Positions 1-9,966 are shown, counted from the stretch's first letter. The stretch: 64,000 nt of DNA from Candidatus Cryptobacteroides faecavium (GCA_017694995.1 JADIMB010000042.1:3790-67789), one strand, 5' to 3'. Program-made: numbers and translations. The notes: a model not told the origin generated them from the sequence alone.

Positions 1-1656
1 CCTGTAATAATAAGCGGTATTGACAAGTTCAGGCGGTATCTCGATATCCTGGGGAGTGCACCAGTCGCCCAGGCACCATCCGCCAGGCTCCTCGCGGACT
101 ACGATGCCGCGTGCGTCTGTCCGGGTGCCGAGGTACTGCACCCAGTGTTTCATCCCTTCGTAATGCTCAGCAAGAATACCGGTGTCACCGTAATAACAAT
201 AATACAGCCACGGCATGATGACATATGCCGACCCCCATGCCGGGCCTCCGCCTCCTCCACCGAAAGGCGCTGTATGAGGGACAAGACCGCTTTCGCTGTT
301 CTGCGCGTCAGCCATGTCATCGAACCCCTTCCTGTAGAAACTCCTCATATCGAAAGAATATATGGAACTCTCAGTCTCCACCTGGGCGTCCCCTGTGTAA
401 GCGAGGCGCTCACGGTGAGGGCAGTCGCTGCTTATGCTGCCGTGGAAGTTGTTCGTCTGGGTGCGGAGATAAGCTTTGTTTATCCTGTTAAAAAGATCAT
501 TTGAACAGACGAAAGCACCAGCCTGGGGCACATCGGTATGCACAATCTCCGCGACAATGCTTCCCGGCTCCATGCCCACTCCGGAAGATGTCACCTCGAC
601 ATACCTGAAGGTATGCCATGTGAACCTCGGGGTCCATGTCTCCGTACGCCCTCCACGCAGTATGTAGACGTCTTTCTGGCCATAATCCTCCTGCTCCTCT
701 CCTATGAACCGCAGTGAGACCCTGTCTCCCGCATTCCCCTTCACCCTGAGCTTCACCCAGCCTGAAATCATCTCCGGGAAGGAATACATGAATGTGGTGT
801 CATTTTCCTTTACGAACGAATCCGGCTTCATCACACCGGTAACGCGGTCATAAGGCGCGGTCTGAAGGCATAGTTCCCCTTCCGGGGCCCTCACTGCCGC
901 AGCCTGCCGCCATCCGGAGTCATCATACCCGGGGATATCCCAGCCAGTAAGCTCACGGCGTGCATCATAGACTTCGCCGGTGAATATGCCGTCATGCAGC
1001 ATAGGGCCCTCTGAGACTTTCCAGCTGCCGTCCGACACTACCATTGCGGAAGACCCGTCTTCATATTCTATGTCTATGCGGCATATCATACGGGGCGTAT
1101 CGTACCACATCTTGCCTTCGACTGTCCTGTCACGCTGGTTGTACCAGCCGTTTCCGAGGATGACACCGGCGGCATTTCCACCCTTGCGGAGCATGGAGGT
1201 GACATCGAACATATTATAAAGTACACGCTTGTCCGAACGGTCGTCGAAATGGTACAGGATATTGTCCAGCCTGCGCCTGTCATAGTTGGTCACGGCCGGG
1301 GCAAGCACCTGGTCACCCACCTTTTCCCCGTTAATGTAAAATTCGTAGAATCCGAGCCCGCAGATATATGCGGTCGCCTTCCGCACCCCGCGGTCCACAC
1401 TGAACTCTTTCCTCAAATAAGGGGCGGGAGCAGTAACGGCAGAATCCGGACAGGCGTCCTCTCCGGCACCTATCCATTCCGCACGGGCCTCACGGGCGGA
1501 TGCAGGGCACAACGTCTCAGCCTCAAGGATGACCGGAGTGCCGTCGGGAATTGTGATAGGTGGTATGTTGAACAAAGCCCGGAAGTTCTTCTCGTTTAAT
1601 GTCCAAGGCTGTGATATGCCCAAGAGTAGCATGGCCGCCAAAACGCTTTTTATCAT
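1..1656 (-). CDS. Alpha-L-rhamnosidase, GH78 family (N-terminal part; gene continues beyond left edge)
   Basis: Absent from the ORF track, consistent with no stop in the window. Manual translation of the 5' part from ATG at 1656 gives signal peptide MIKSVLAAMLLLGISQP, then AEWIG...APYLRKEFSVDRGVRKATAYICGLGFYEFYINGEKVGDQVLAPAVTNYD, typical of GH78. Confidence 0.88.
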   Translation of the reverse strand, partial: MIKSVLAAMLLLGISQPWTLNEKNFRALFNIPPITIPDGTPVILEAETLCPASAREARAEWIGAGEDACPDSAVTAPAPYLRKEFSVDRGVRKATAYICGLGFYEFYINGEKVGDQVLAPAVTNYDRRRLDNILYHFDDRSDKRVLYNMFDVTSMLRKGGNAAGVILGNGWYNQRDRTVEGKMWYDTPRMICRIDIEYEDGSSAMVVSDGSWKVSEGPMLHDGIFTGEVYDARRELTGWDIPGYDDSGWRQAAAVRAPEGELCLQTAPYDRVTGVMKPDSFVKENDTTFMYSFPEMISGWVKLRVKGNAGDRVSLRFIGEEQEDYGQKDVYILRGGRTETWTPRFTWHTFRYVEVTSSGVGMEPGSIVAEIVHTDVPQAGAFVCSNDLFNRINKAYLRTQTNNFHGSISSDCPHRERLAYTGDAQVETESSIYSFDMRSFYRKGFDDMADAQNSESGLVPHTAPFGGGGGGPAWGSAYVIMPWLYYCYYGDTGILAEHYEGMKHWVQYLGTRTDARGIVVREEPGGWCLGDWCTPQDIEIPPELVNTAYYYR

Positions 1657-1675
1657 TTCGGAAATATATTTTATA

Positions 1676-1683
1676 CAAATATA
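1676..1683 (-). promoter_or_regulatory. Bacteroidota sigma-A -7 element (TATATTTG) for the GH78 gene
   Basis: Matches TAnnTTTG on the minus strand about 20 nt upstream of the ATG. Confidence 0.6.
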
Positions 1684-1734
1684 ATAGATACGATAAGACA
1701 GTGTCTCAATTATAAGTATGGGATCCTCTGGAAA

Positions 1735-2019
1735 CCGGGGACAGACGAATACGTAATCGGAAGCCCGATATTCCGTAAAGTGACAATCACCCTTGAAAAC
1801 GGTAATAAATTCACTATCTTCGCGGAGAACAACAGCTCTGAGAACGTCTACATCCAGTCGGCTGACCTCAACGGCATGGAGCTCGACAAGAACTATATCA
1901 CCTACGGCGACATAAATGCCGGAGGAGAACTCCACCTGGTGATGGGGGCCACTCCTGCCAAAGACAGGTGCACATCCAAATATGCAGCCCCGTTCTCTCT
2001 GTCAAAAAGAGATAAATGA
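1735..2019 (+). pseudogene. C-terminal remnant (~94 aa) of a GH92 alpha-mannosidase
   Basis: PGTDEYVIGSPIFRKVTITLENGNKFTIFAENNSSENVYIQSADLNG...GGELHLVMG resembles the C-terminus of the intact GH92 at 5047-7374. The frame upstream has no ATG and hits a stop at 1627. Confidence 0.85.
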
Positions 2020-2020
2020 G

Positions 2021-3553
2021 ATGAAAAGGACTTATCTGGTATTGGCCTTTCTCCTGTCCGCAGTCTTCTGCCAGGGACAGGAGAAAGGTTTTTTCGAGAA
2101 CCCCGTGATACGTGGAGACATGGCTGACCCGAGCATCATCCGGATCGGGGACGACTACTATGCGACGGGGACATCCTCTGAATGGGCCCCCTACTACCCT
2201 CTGTACAAATCCAGGGACATGGTCAACTGGAAACAGGTGGGGCATGTGTTCGACACCAAGCCGGAATGGACCAGCAACTCTTTCTGGGCCCCGGAACTCT
2301 TCTGCCACGACGGGAAGGTCTACTGCTATTATACTGCCAGGCAGAAAAGCACCGGGATCTCCTATATCGGGGTGGCTGTGGCGGATTCCCCGGAGGAAGG
2401 ATTCACTGACTGCGGCCCGGTGGTGACATTCGGGAACGAGGCGATAGACGCTTTCGTGTTTGAAGACAAAGGGGAACTTTACATCAGCTGGAAGGCATAC
2501 GGTCTGGACAAACGTCCGATAGAGCTCCTGTGCAGCCGCCTGTCTGACGACGGGCTGCGTATGGAGGGGGAGATATTCTCCCTTCTGAAGGACGACCAGA
2601 GGATAGGGATGGAAGGGCAGTGCATATTCAGGCACGGAGAGTATTACTATCTCATATACTCCGCCCACTCATGCTGCGGACGTGCAAGCGACTATGACGT
2701 ATATGTGGCCAGGTCCACTGATTTCAAGGGCCCTTACGAGAAATTCGGCGGGAATCCGATTCTGCACGGAGGAATCGGGGACTTCCAGTCATGCGGACAC
2801 GGGACAGTGGTGACTGCCCCGGACGGACGGATGTTCTATCTGTGCCATGCATATCTGGCCGGAGACGGGTTCTGCACAGGGAGACAGCCGGTCCTGCATG
2901 AACTCGAGATCACAGGGGACGGATGGCCGAGGTTCAAGACAGGGAGTGTGGCGATGAAAATACAGCCAGCCCCGTTCAAAGGTACCGTGCAGAAAGTGGA
3001 GGACGAATTCCATGACAGCTTCAACGGGAAAGAACTGAAAAAGGAATGGTCCTGGAACTACACCTATGCGGATATATCAGCCGCACTGGAGGGCGGGTCG
3101 CTGATTCTCTCCGGCACTCCCCTTGCAGGCAACATGTACGGAACAGCCTTGTGTGTCAGGGCGCAAGAGCCGGATTTCGTATTCGAGGCCGGAATCGGGC
3201 AGACAGACCGGGAACTTAAAGGGCTGACCCTTTACGGAGACAGCGGCAACATGGCCGTATGGGGATACCGGGACGGAAAGCTTGTGATGGACGTCATCAT
3301 GGACGGGAAAGAGACCGTCCTGTTCTCCACTCCATGGGAAGGTCCGGCACACCTGAGAATGGCGGTCGACGCAGGGACGGTCACCGGGATATGGTGGAGC
3401 CGGGACGGTAAAGAATGGCATTCCCCGGAAAACCTGTCGCTGGATGTGACCGGGCTTGAAAGATGGGACAGAGTGCAGCGCCCGGGCCTGATATACTGCG
3501 GAGGGCCTGACGGGAATGCGGAGTTCAGTTATTTCACGATATCATACAGATAG
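2021..3553 (+). CDS. Glycoside hydrolase family 43 with C-terminal beta-sandwich domain
   Basis: Signal peptide MKRTYLVLAFLLSAVFC; motifs NPVIRGDMADPSI, WAPE, AIDAFVF, MEG, GHG. Start placed at ATG 2021. Confidence 0.9.
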   Translation: MKRTYLVLAFLLSAVFCQGQEKGFFENPVIRGDMADPSIIRIGDDYYATGTSSEWAPYYPLYKSRDMVNWKQVGHVFDTKPEWTSNSFWAPELFCHDGKVYCYYTARQKSTGISYIGVAVADSPEEGFTDCGPVVTFGNEAIDAFVFEDKGELYISWKAYGLDKRPIELLCSRLSDDGLRMEGEIFSLLKDDQRIGMEGQCIFRHGEYYYLIYSAHSCCGRASDYDVYVARSTDFKGPYEKFGGNPILHGGIGDFQSCGHGTVVTAPDGRMFYLCHAYLAGDGFCTGRQPVLHELEITGDGWPRFKTGSVAMKIQPAPFKGTVQKVEDEFHDSFNGKELKKEWSWNYTYADISAALEGGSLILSGTPLAGNMYGTALCVRAQEPDFVFEAGIGQTDRELKGLTLYGDSGNMAVWGYRDGKLVMDVIMDGKETVLFSTPWEGPAHLRMAVDAGTVTGIWWSRDGKEWHSPENLSLDVTGLERWDRVQRPGLIYCGGPDGNAEFSYFTISYR

Positions 3554-4855
3554 GCATTTTCCGAGTGCCCACTTCCATGCCGGGACAACGTGTATATCCT
3601 TACCGGACTGCTTAATTACGGTTTCCTCATCCATAGTGACAATCAGCAAGTTATCGCACCCTATGGCAGACGATGCAGCCAGGAGCCCCCTTATCTCCCG
3701 GCTGCGCGTTTCATTGTCGTACATCGACCAGGTAACTTGTATGAGTTGAATGACCTTATCCTCCCTCTGGATGACGAAATCACACTCCGCACCATCCTGA
3801 TAATATGATATTTTCTCCGACGGAAGCAGGCTGCGCACAAGATGCAGTAAGACAGCATTCTCCAGATTCTTCCCGTTGTCATCGCTCTGAGGCATGAGTA
3901 CGGCTTCGCGCAAACCGTTGTCTATACAATAATATTTATCCGAAGACCTCCTCTCTCTGACCAGCGACCTGTCATATTTCGGTATCCGGATAAACAAGAA
4001 AATATCACAGACGTAGTCCGCCCAGAGATACAGGTCATCCTTGCTTATTCTGTAGCCCTGTGATTTGATGTCGTTATAAATGGAATTGACAGACGTAGGC
4101 TTGGTCAGGTTGGCCATAATACGTTTTACAAAATACCGCAACACACCTGTGTTCTGTATATGATAATGCTCTGACAAATCACGCAATATCATGGTATTGA
4201 AGTATCCCTGAAGAAGCTGGAGGCGCTCTGTTCCGGAGGCGGCAAGAACGGCTTCCGGGAAAGCTCCCGATCCGACATATTCATCAAAGACTGTCTTGAG
4301 CCTGGCCCTATCCTGCTCCAGAATGGCACCCGTACCAATGCCCCTGAAACGGCAGAACTCATTGAAAGAAAGTGGATATATCTTATATTCAAGAGGATAA
4401 CCCCGCAGCGCCGATGCAAGCTCGGTAGAAAGCATGGTCGCATTGCTTCCGCACACGTATATATTCTTACAATACCTTTTATAGACCCTGAGAACAAAAT
4501 ATTCCCAGTTTTCAATGAGCTGTATCTCATCAAAGAACATATGGACTTCCCGTAGTGGTATATCGGGATACATTTCCATATAGGAGACTATCACCTCATC
4601 AAGTTCGTCTGAAGTCATGCGGACAAGCCGTTCATCATCAAAGCCCAGCCACAGAATATTCTGCTTCGGGACCCCGTCCATGACAAGATCGTTTATCGCA
4701 ATCTCCATCATGGTAGATTTTCCGCAACGCCTTACTCCCGGCACCGTAATGATCTTGCCCCGTCTTGTCGGAAGCTTCACATCCCTGTCAACGACTTCAA
4801 ACGGAATCTCATCCTGGCGCATCGCTATAAGCGATTTGATTACTTCTTTTCTCAT
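3542..4855 (-). CDS. AAA_14 family ATPase with C-terminal DUF4143 (PD-(D/E)xK-like) domain
   Basis: Walker A GVRRCGKST, Walker B FFDEIQ, CGSNA, KYYCIDNGL, ECDFVI...LIQVT; 437 aa. Confidence 0.88.
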   Translation of the reverse strand: MRKEVIKSLIAMRQDEIPFEVVDRDVKLPTRRGKIITVPGVRRCGKSTMMEIAINDLVMDGVPKQNILWLGFDDERLVRMTSDELDEVIVSYMEMYPDIPLREVHMFFDEIQLIENWEYFVLRVYKRYCKNIYVCGSNATMLSTELASALRGYPLEYKIYPLSFNEFCRFRGIGTGAILEQDRARLKTVFDEYVGSGAFPEAVLAASGTERLQLLQGYFNTMILRDLSEHYHIQNTGVLRYFVKRIMANLTKPTSVNSIYNDIKSQGYRISKDDLYLWADYVCDIFLFIRIPKYDRSLVRERRSSDKYYCIDNGLREAVLMPQSDDNGKNLENAVLLHLVRSLLPSEKISYYQDGAECDFVIQREDKVIQLIQVTWSMYDNETRSREIRGLLAASSAIGCDNLLIVTMDEETVIKQSGKDIHVVPAWKWALGKCLSV

Positions 4856-4858
4856 ATC

Positions 4859-4941
4859 TTTCCTTTATTTCAGGACAAAAATAAAAATTCTTTCCTTTTA
4901 TAGAGGAAAAATTTAAAAAATATTTCCTTCAAAAAAGGAAA
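4859..4941. promoter_or_regulatory. Three palindromic operator-like sites TTTCCT-N7-AGGA(A/C)A at 32-bp period, overlapping the -7 box (TATTTTTG, minus strand, 4876-4883) of the ATPase gene
   Basis: 4859 TTTCCT-TTATTTC-AGGACA; 4891 TTTCCT-TTTATAG-AGGAAA; 4923 TTTCCT-TCAAAAA-AGGAAA. Confidence 0.75.
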
Positions 4942-5046
4942 AACCTGAGATGTCATTTGTCTGGATCCCTGTAATTTCTGATAACATGGTTCTCAAGTCA
5001 TATCATATAATTTTAGTCAGTTATACTTTCAATCCTGTGCAGTATT

Positions 5047-7374
5047 TCATTTGCCTGAGCCGGCCTTTGCAGGCACTCTGTCCATATACAGTTCCAGGGT
5101 ACCGCCAGAGGCGATGTCAGAAAAATCTATCTGCATCGTATCCAGGGTCTTGCCGTTCAGGACGGCCCTCCGGATGTAGATGTTCTCAGGGCTGTTGTCG
5201 TGCGCTATCACGGTGAATTTCCTGCCGGACGCATATTCCGGATCCAGAGTGAACTCTATCCTGTCGAACACCGGACTGGTAATCTCCATCTTCGTGTCTC
5301 CCGGACAGGCAGGATGTATCCCGGAAGCGGCAAGGACATACCATGCCGACATCTGGCCGGCGTCATCATTCCCGACAAGGCCTTTCACCCCGTCACCGTA
5401 TGCGTGCGAACAGATGAACCGGGTCCATTTCTGGGTCTTCCACGGCTCGCCGAGGCGGTTGAACAGGAACGGGACGAAGTGGACAGGCTCGTTGGCGTGG
5501 TTGTAATACTGGTTCCAGAGCATGTCAGAAGGAGTGTTGCCGAAGAAATCGTCCAGGTCTGACAGGACTTTTTCCCTGCCGCCCATCAGCTCCACCATCC
5601 CGTCGATATCATGAGGGACGAACCATCCCTGCTGGTAAGGGTTGCACTCGATGCACCCGTACCATTCTTTTGTGCGGGCGTTCTCCGGCCAGGCTTCCCA
5701 GGAGCCGTCTGCATGACGCGGCCTGAACCAGCCTTTCTCCTTGTCGAAAATATTCCTGTAGGCCTGTGACTGCATGGCGAAGCGCTCTGCCAGGTCAGTC
5801 CTGCCGAGTTCCCCGGCAAGCCGGGAGACACACCAGTCGAAGTATGCATATTCCAGGGTCTCGGAGATGCAGAGGCCCGTCGGAGACCATCCGAGAGGCC
5901 AGTTCCCTGTCCTTTCCGAACTGTTCACGGCATATTCGAGGGCCTTTCCGGTGTCGAAAGTCCGTATCCCCTTGGCGTATGCGTCAGCTATGACAGAGAG
6001 CGCCGGGTTCCCTATCATGCAGCCTGAATATGAGTTGAGGAACTCCCATCTCTCAAAGTACTCCCTGCCGCTCTGGTCCGCCATAGTGACGAGAGAGTTG
6101 ACAAGGTCGCTGACGACTTCCGGATTGATTATCGTCTGCAGGGGCATAAGGCTCCGGAAGGTATCCCATCCGCTGAATACAGTACGTTTGGTGAATGTAC
6201 CGTCATAACTGTGTACCTTGTAGTCTCCACCGACATATCTGCCGTCCACATCAGCATATATCCTCGGGTCAATCAGCGAATGGTACAGGGCGGTGTAGAA
6301 GACGGTCCTGTCTTCCCCGGACCCTCCCGAGACCTTGATTCTCCCCAGTTCCCTGTTCCACATTGAAAAGGCTTCCTGGCGGACCTGGTCAAACACCTTG
6401 CCGCCAATCTCCTGCTCGAAATTCTTCCTGGCCCCGTCCATGTCCACAAAAGAGATACCCACCTTGAGGGTCACCTGCTCGCTGTCCGAAGTGGGGAACT
6501 CCGTGAAGAACCCGATATGCTTTCCCTGCATCTCCTTCACACCCCTGACGATTTCCGACCGGCTGACCCTCTGCAGATACGGCAGGCTCACTACCTCGTC
6601 CTTTTTACGGGTCCAGTCCGAAGGTATGTCGGCACTCCAGAAGCCGAAATCCTCAAGAGGACGGCTGAACTGTGCATAGAAATAGACAGTGTACCTGGCG
6701 TTCCCGTCACCGTTGCCCCAGCCGCCTGTCTCCGGCGTGCATTTCATCCAGCCTGTGATGGTGCGGTCATCGACCACCCTGACATACTGGGACTCCGATG
6801 TGCCGCCTACCCTCCTGGCAAGGTCTATCTGGATTCTTGAGCACTCGTTCTCCGGGTACGTGAACCGCAGGATCCCGCAATGCGGAGTCGCCGAGCTCTC
6901 CACACGTATGCCGTAATCAGTCAGGTCCGCCATGTAATATCCGGCCTGGGCCGTCTCGGTATCCTTGTCGTATGCGGAGCGCCATCCGGAAATGCTCCCG
7001 TCCTCTTTCCCGGCGATTGTCTTCATCGGTCCGGTCGTCGGCATCACAAGGAAGTTGCCCAGGTCACCGAACCAGCCCACACCGCTCATCTGGGTGAAGG
7101 CGAACCCTTCGATTGTCTTGTGCTCATAACTGTACCCGCTTGCATTGTCCCCTCCGGTAATGGTGTTGGGGCTCACCTGCACCATCCCGTATGGAGTCGT
7201 CGCGCCCGGGAATGTCTTGCCCAGGCCGTGGTACACGCCGGCATCCCCTACACTGGTACTGGCCCCGATGAACGGGTTTACACAGGAAGCCGGTGAAAAA
7301 TCCTGCACATTATCCGAGCATGCAGCCATGGCCACAAGCGAGACGGCCGGTATAATCATTTTTCTCAATCTCAT
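5047..7374 (-). CDS. GH92 alpha-1,2-mannosidase family lipoprotein
   Basis: Lipobox MAAC; VNPFIG, TFPGATTPYGMVQVSP, FSGWDTFR, YNHANEP, GNDDAGQMSAWYV. Confidence 0.93.
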   Translation of the reverse strand: MRLRKMIIPAVSLVAMAACSDNVQDFSPASCVNPFIGASTSVGDAGVYHGLGKTFPGATTPYGMVQVSPNTITGGDNASGYSYEHKTIEGFAFTQMSGVGWFGDLGNFLVMPTTGPMKTIAGKEDGSISGWRSAYDKDTETAQAGYYMADLTDYGIRVESSATPHCGILRFTYPENECSRIQIDLARRVGGTSESQYVRVVDDRTITGWMKCTPETGGWGNGDGNARYTVYFYAQFSRPLEDFGFWSADIPSDWTRKKDEVVSLPYLQRVSRSEIVRGVKEMQGKHIGFFTEFPTSDSEQVTLKVGISFVDMDGARKNFEQEIGGKVFDQVRQEAFSMWNRELGRIKVSGGSGEDRTVFYTALYHSLIDPRIYADVDGRYVGGDYKVHSYDGTFTKRTVFSGWDTFRSLMPLQTIINPEVVSDLVNSLVTMADQSGREYFERWEFLNSYSGCMIGNPALSVIADAYAKGIRTFDTGKALEYAVNSSERTGNWPLGWSPTGLCISETLEYAYFDWCVSRLAGELGRTDLAERFAMQSQAYRNIFDKEKGWFRPRHADGSWEAWPENARTKEWYGCIECNPYQQGWFVPHDIDGMVELMGGREKVLSDLDDFFGNTPSDMLWNQYYNHANEPVHFVPFLFNRLGEPWKTQKWTRFICSHAYGDGVKGLVGNDDAGQMSAWYVLAASGIHPACPGDTKMEITSPVFDRIEFTLDPEYASGRKFTVIAHDNSPENIYIRRAVLNGKTLDTMQIDFSDIASGGTLELYMDRVPAKAGSGK

Positions 7375-7386
7375 ACTCCCGAACTG

Positions 7387-9966
7387 TTACAATGAAATCA
7401 GATATGTCCTTATCCCGAAACGCGGCATGGCCACCTCCACTTCCGAAGTCTTTCCGGAGCGGGTGACAGCCGGAGTCCCGGTGACATTGCCGCTGAGGTC
7501 AGTCTCGGACACGGCCCCTGGATTGAAACCGAGCTTCACCTTGACAGGGTCCCCGTCACCGGATGCGTTGAACAGGCGGAGTACAAGACCGTTGTCCGTC
7601 ATGTATGCAGCCGAGATCTCATACCCGGTACCGCTGACATCTATGTACGACGCGGCACCTGCCTTCCGCTGGTTTTCAGTGCTGCACAGGAGCGGCTCGT
7701 TCCACACCGCGCTCTCCTCCTGGATTCCGGCGCTGTCCCATTCCCCGGCATGAGGCACTATGGCATACCGCATCACGGAAGGGCGGCTTATCTTATAGTC
7801 ACGCCCCCAGAGTCCTCCGCCGGACATCTGGACGGTGAGACCGAGCGGGAATCCGGAACCGTATGAGTAGGAAGTGGTATGGTCCGAAAACAGGGCGAGC
7901 GAGCTGCCGCCGTCCTTTCCTGCAAGGTCGCCCCAGTTGAGGATGACATTGTGCTTGATATTGTCCCATGTCTCGAAGAACGTGTCCTCAAGACGGCTGC
8001 GGCATACGTCGAACGGGGCGTTCTTGTAGAGCTGCGGGGCATCCAGGGCCACAGGGAACAGCACATTGAGGGCATATCTGGTGTCGTAGAATCCCCTCCT
8101 GTTTGCATTGAATCCGTTTTCCTGGGCATATTTCCCTATCCGCACATCACTGTCCCAGTCGATCCTGAGGCTGCAGTCGATCTTCCGGTCACCTTCCCTC
8201 AGCACTACCGTCTGGGTATAAGGGACACGGGCTATTGTACCCCGGACTGTCACTGTCTTTACAAGCCCGTTGTCGGCGACTGTGACCTCTGCACTGGAGC
8301 CGGCAGAGGAATGGAACATGCCTTCTTCATAGAAAAAGCCCCTGAGCTCGTTGAGGCCTGCCCCGTGCTTTCTGTCGACATATTCTTTCCCGTCCTGGCT
8401 TTTGTCTACAAGACTGGTGATCACACCGCCTCTGGAAGCATCGAAGACTATCCTGTACATGTCGTTTTCAACCACGGCCTCACCGGAAGAGACAGTCCTT
8501 GTCTCCCCGCCATATACCATAGCGGAAGTCCTGCCCGGACGCAGCTCCTCAACAGAGACGACCGTATAACCGAACGCCGGCACCTCCGCGGCAAAAACCA
8601 GTTCCGGAGTTCCGGATGAGAGGTCCAGTACAGATTCAAGGGCCTTCCCGGAGGCGTCTTTTACGGAAACGCCTTCACATCCGGCGAATCCGGACGGAAG
8701 AGGTACGGAAACGACCTCGGAACGGGAATATCCTGTCGTGTTGAGCACCTTCACATACAGTTTCCCGCCCTTTGCGGGCCTGCCTGCTGAAAAAGAGGAA
8801 AGCGCCTCGTCTATTATATTCCCGCAGATGGTGTCAGTGGACTCAGTCCACAGGGCGATATTGTCAGCCCATGTGCCGCGGCTGTTCAGCCCGTTGTAAG
8901 GCACAATCCATGAATCATGGTGCTGGGCAAGCATAAGGGTGCGCCATGCCTCGTCCATCCTTCCCTGGGAGTACCTGAATCCGTTGGCAAGCCCGGCAAT
9001 CGCACCTGTCTTTTCCGCCTGGACCAGGATATTCTCACTTCCGCGCACCTGACGGGCAATGGTCTGGAGGACCTGGCTGCCCCACATGAGGGCGGGCCTC
9101 ACATCCTCCTGGGAGAAGATGTAGTCGTCATCGGTCCTCCCGGGTGTCTTCTCCTCGAAATATTCCTTCCATGTCACATACACAGACCCGTTTCTTGTAC
9201 TGTCCGCATATCCTATCCACGGGCCGAATGTCCAGCCTGCATCCTGGTAGCACATGCCCACAATGTCCTTTATACCGGCTTTGCGGCATGCTTCGATATA
9301 TCCGTCCTCGTTCCCCCATGCGGTGGTCTGCCATACGCTGCCTTCCTGAAGGCCTTCGCAGGCATATCTCGGAGAGGTCAGAATGGATGTCCCGTCAGGT
9401 CCTGTCCAGTTCACAAGCTCACCGCCATAAGGCGCGGAATATCCGCCCCAGCAGGTGTTGGGGCACTTCAGTGAGGCATACTTGAAGCCGAACTGGTGCA
9501 GTATCTGCGGGAGGGCGCTGGTGAAGCACGGCTCCTCTACTGCGTAGGTATAGAATTCCACATCAGGGAAATGGCTGTGTATCTTCCGGATACCGTAGTC
9601 AAGCTGACGGATTATGCTTTCTCCGGAAATATTGTACATATAAGGCTGGGCGTATGCCGGGTTGGTGAACTCAACCCTGTCGGACCCGGCCCATCCGGCG
9701 AATCTTCTGTACGCCTCCGGGGTGCGTACGGCCACCGTATCCCATGTCTCGGGCTCAATCTCCAGGCACATCCTCCACTGCGGGTATTTCTCCAGCAGGT
9801 CCGACATGTAGTCCGTGTATGTCTGCATAGGATAATGCCCGTATACACCTCCATGGAATCCGTCCACGAAATAGATATGCTCCTGCCCCTGGGCACAAAG
9901 GCTGCCGTTTCCGGACAAGGCCGGAAGCAGCAGCACTGCAATTGCCGATATAATGACTTTTCTCAT
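7387..9966 (-). CDS. GH38-like alpha-mannosidase (GH38 middle/C-terminal domains)
   Basis: Signal peptide; AWRTLMLAQHHDSW, NTTGYSRSEVV, EVPAFGY, LRLFNASG, PRFGIRTY match GH38 architecture; N-terminal domain divergent. Confidence 0.75.
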   Translation of the reverse strand: MRKVIISAIAVLLLPALSGNGSLCAQGQEHIYFVDGFHGGVYGHYPMQTYTDYMSDLLEKYPQWRMCLEIEPETWDTVAVRTPEAYRRFAGWAGSDRVEFTNPAYAQPYMYNISGESIIRQLDYGIRKIHSHFPDVEFYTYAVEEPCFTSALPQILHQFGFKYASLKCPNTCWGGYSAPYGGELVNWTGPDGTSILTSPRYACEGLQEGSVWQTTAWGNEDGYIEACRKAGIKDIVGMCYQDAGWTFGPWIGYADSTRNGSVYVTWKEYFEEKTPGRTDDDYIFSQEDVRPALMWGSQVLQTIARQVRGSENILVQAEKTGAIAGLANGFRYSQGRMDEAWRTLMLAQHHDSWIVPYNGLNSRGTWADNIALWTESTDTICGNIIDEALSSFSAGRPAKGGKLYVKVLNTTGYSRSEVVSVPLPSGFAGCEGVSVKDASGKALESVLDLSSGTPELVFAAEVPAFGYTVVSVEELRPGRTSAMVYGGETRTVSSGEAVVENDMYRIVFDASRGGVITSLVDKSQDGKEYVDRKHGAGLNELRGFFYEEGMFHSSAGSSAEVTVADNGLVKTVTVRGTIARVPYTQTVVLREGDRKIDCSLRIDWDSDVRIGKYAQENGFNANRRGFYDTRYALNVLFPVALDAPQLYKNAPFDVCRSRLEDTFFETWDNIKHNVILNWGDLAGKDGGSSLALFSDHTTSYSYGSGFPLGLTVQMSGGGLWGRDYKISRPSVMRYAIVPHAGEWDSAGIQEESAVWNEPLLCSTENQRKAGAASYIDVSGTGYEISAAYMTDNGLVLRLFNASGDGDPVKVKLGFNPGAVSETDLSGNVTGTPAVTRSGKTSEVEVAMPRFGIRTYLISL

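Noticed and set aside
1482-1498. CACGGGC short repeat
   Set aside because: Within GH78 coding sequence (AREARA); too short to interpret
145-1599. Several plus-strand ORFs at the left edge
   Set aside because: Antisense shadows of the minus-strand GH78 that the ORF track missed
4859-4941. Mini-CRISPR interpretation of the 32-bp periodic repeats
   Set aside because: Units far too short, variable centres, no cas genes; operator geometry fits better
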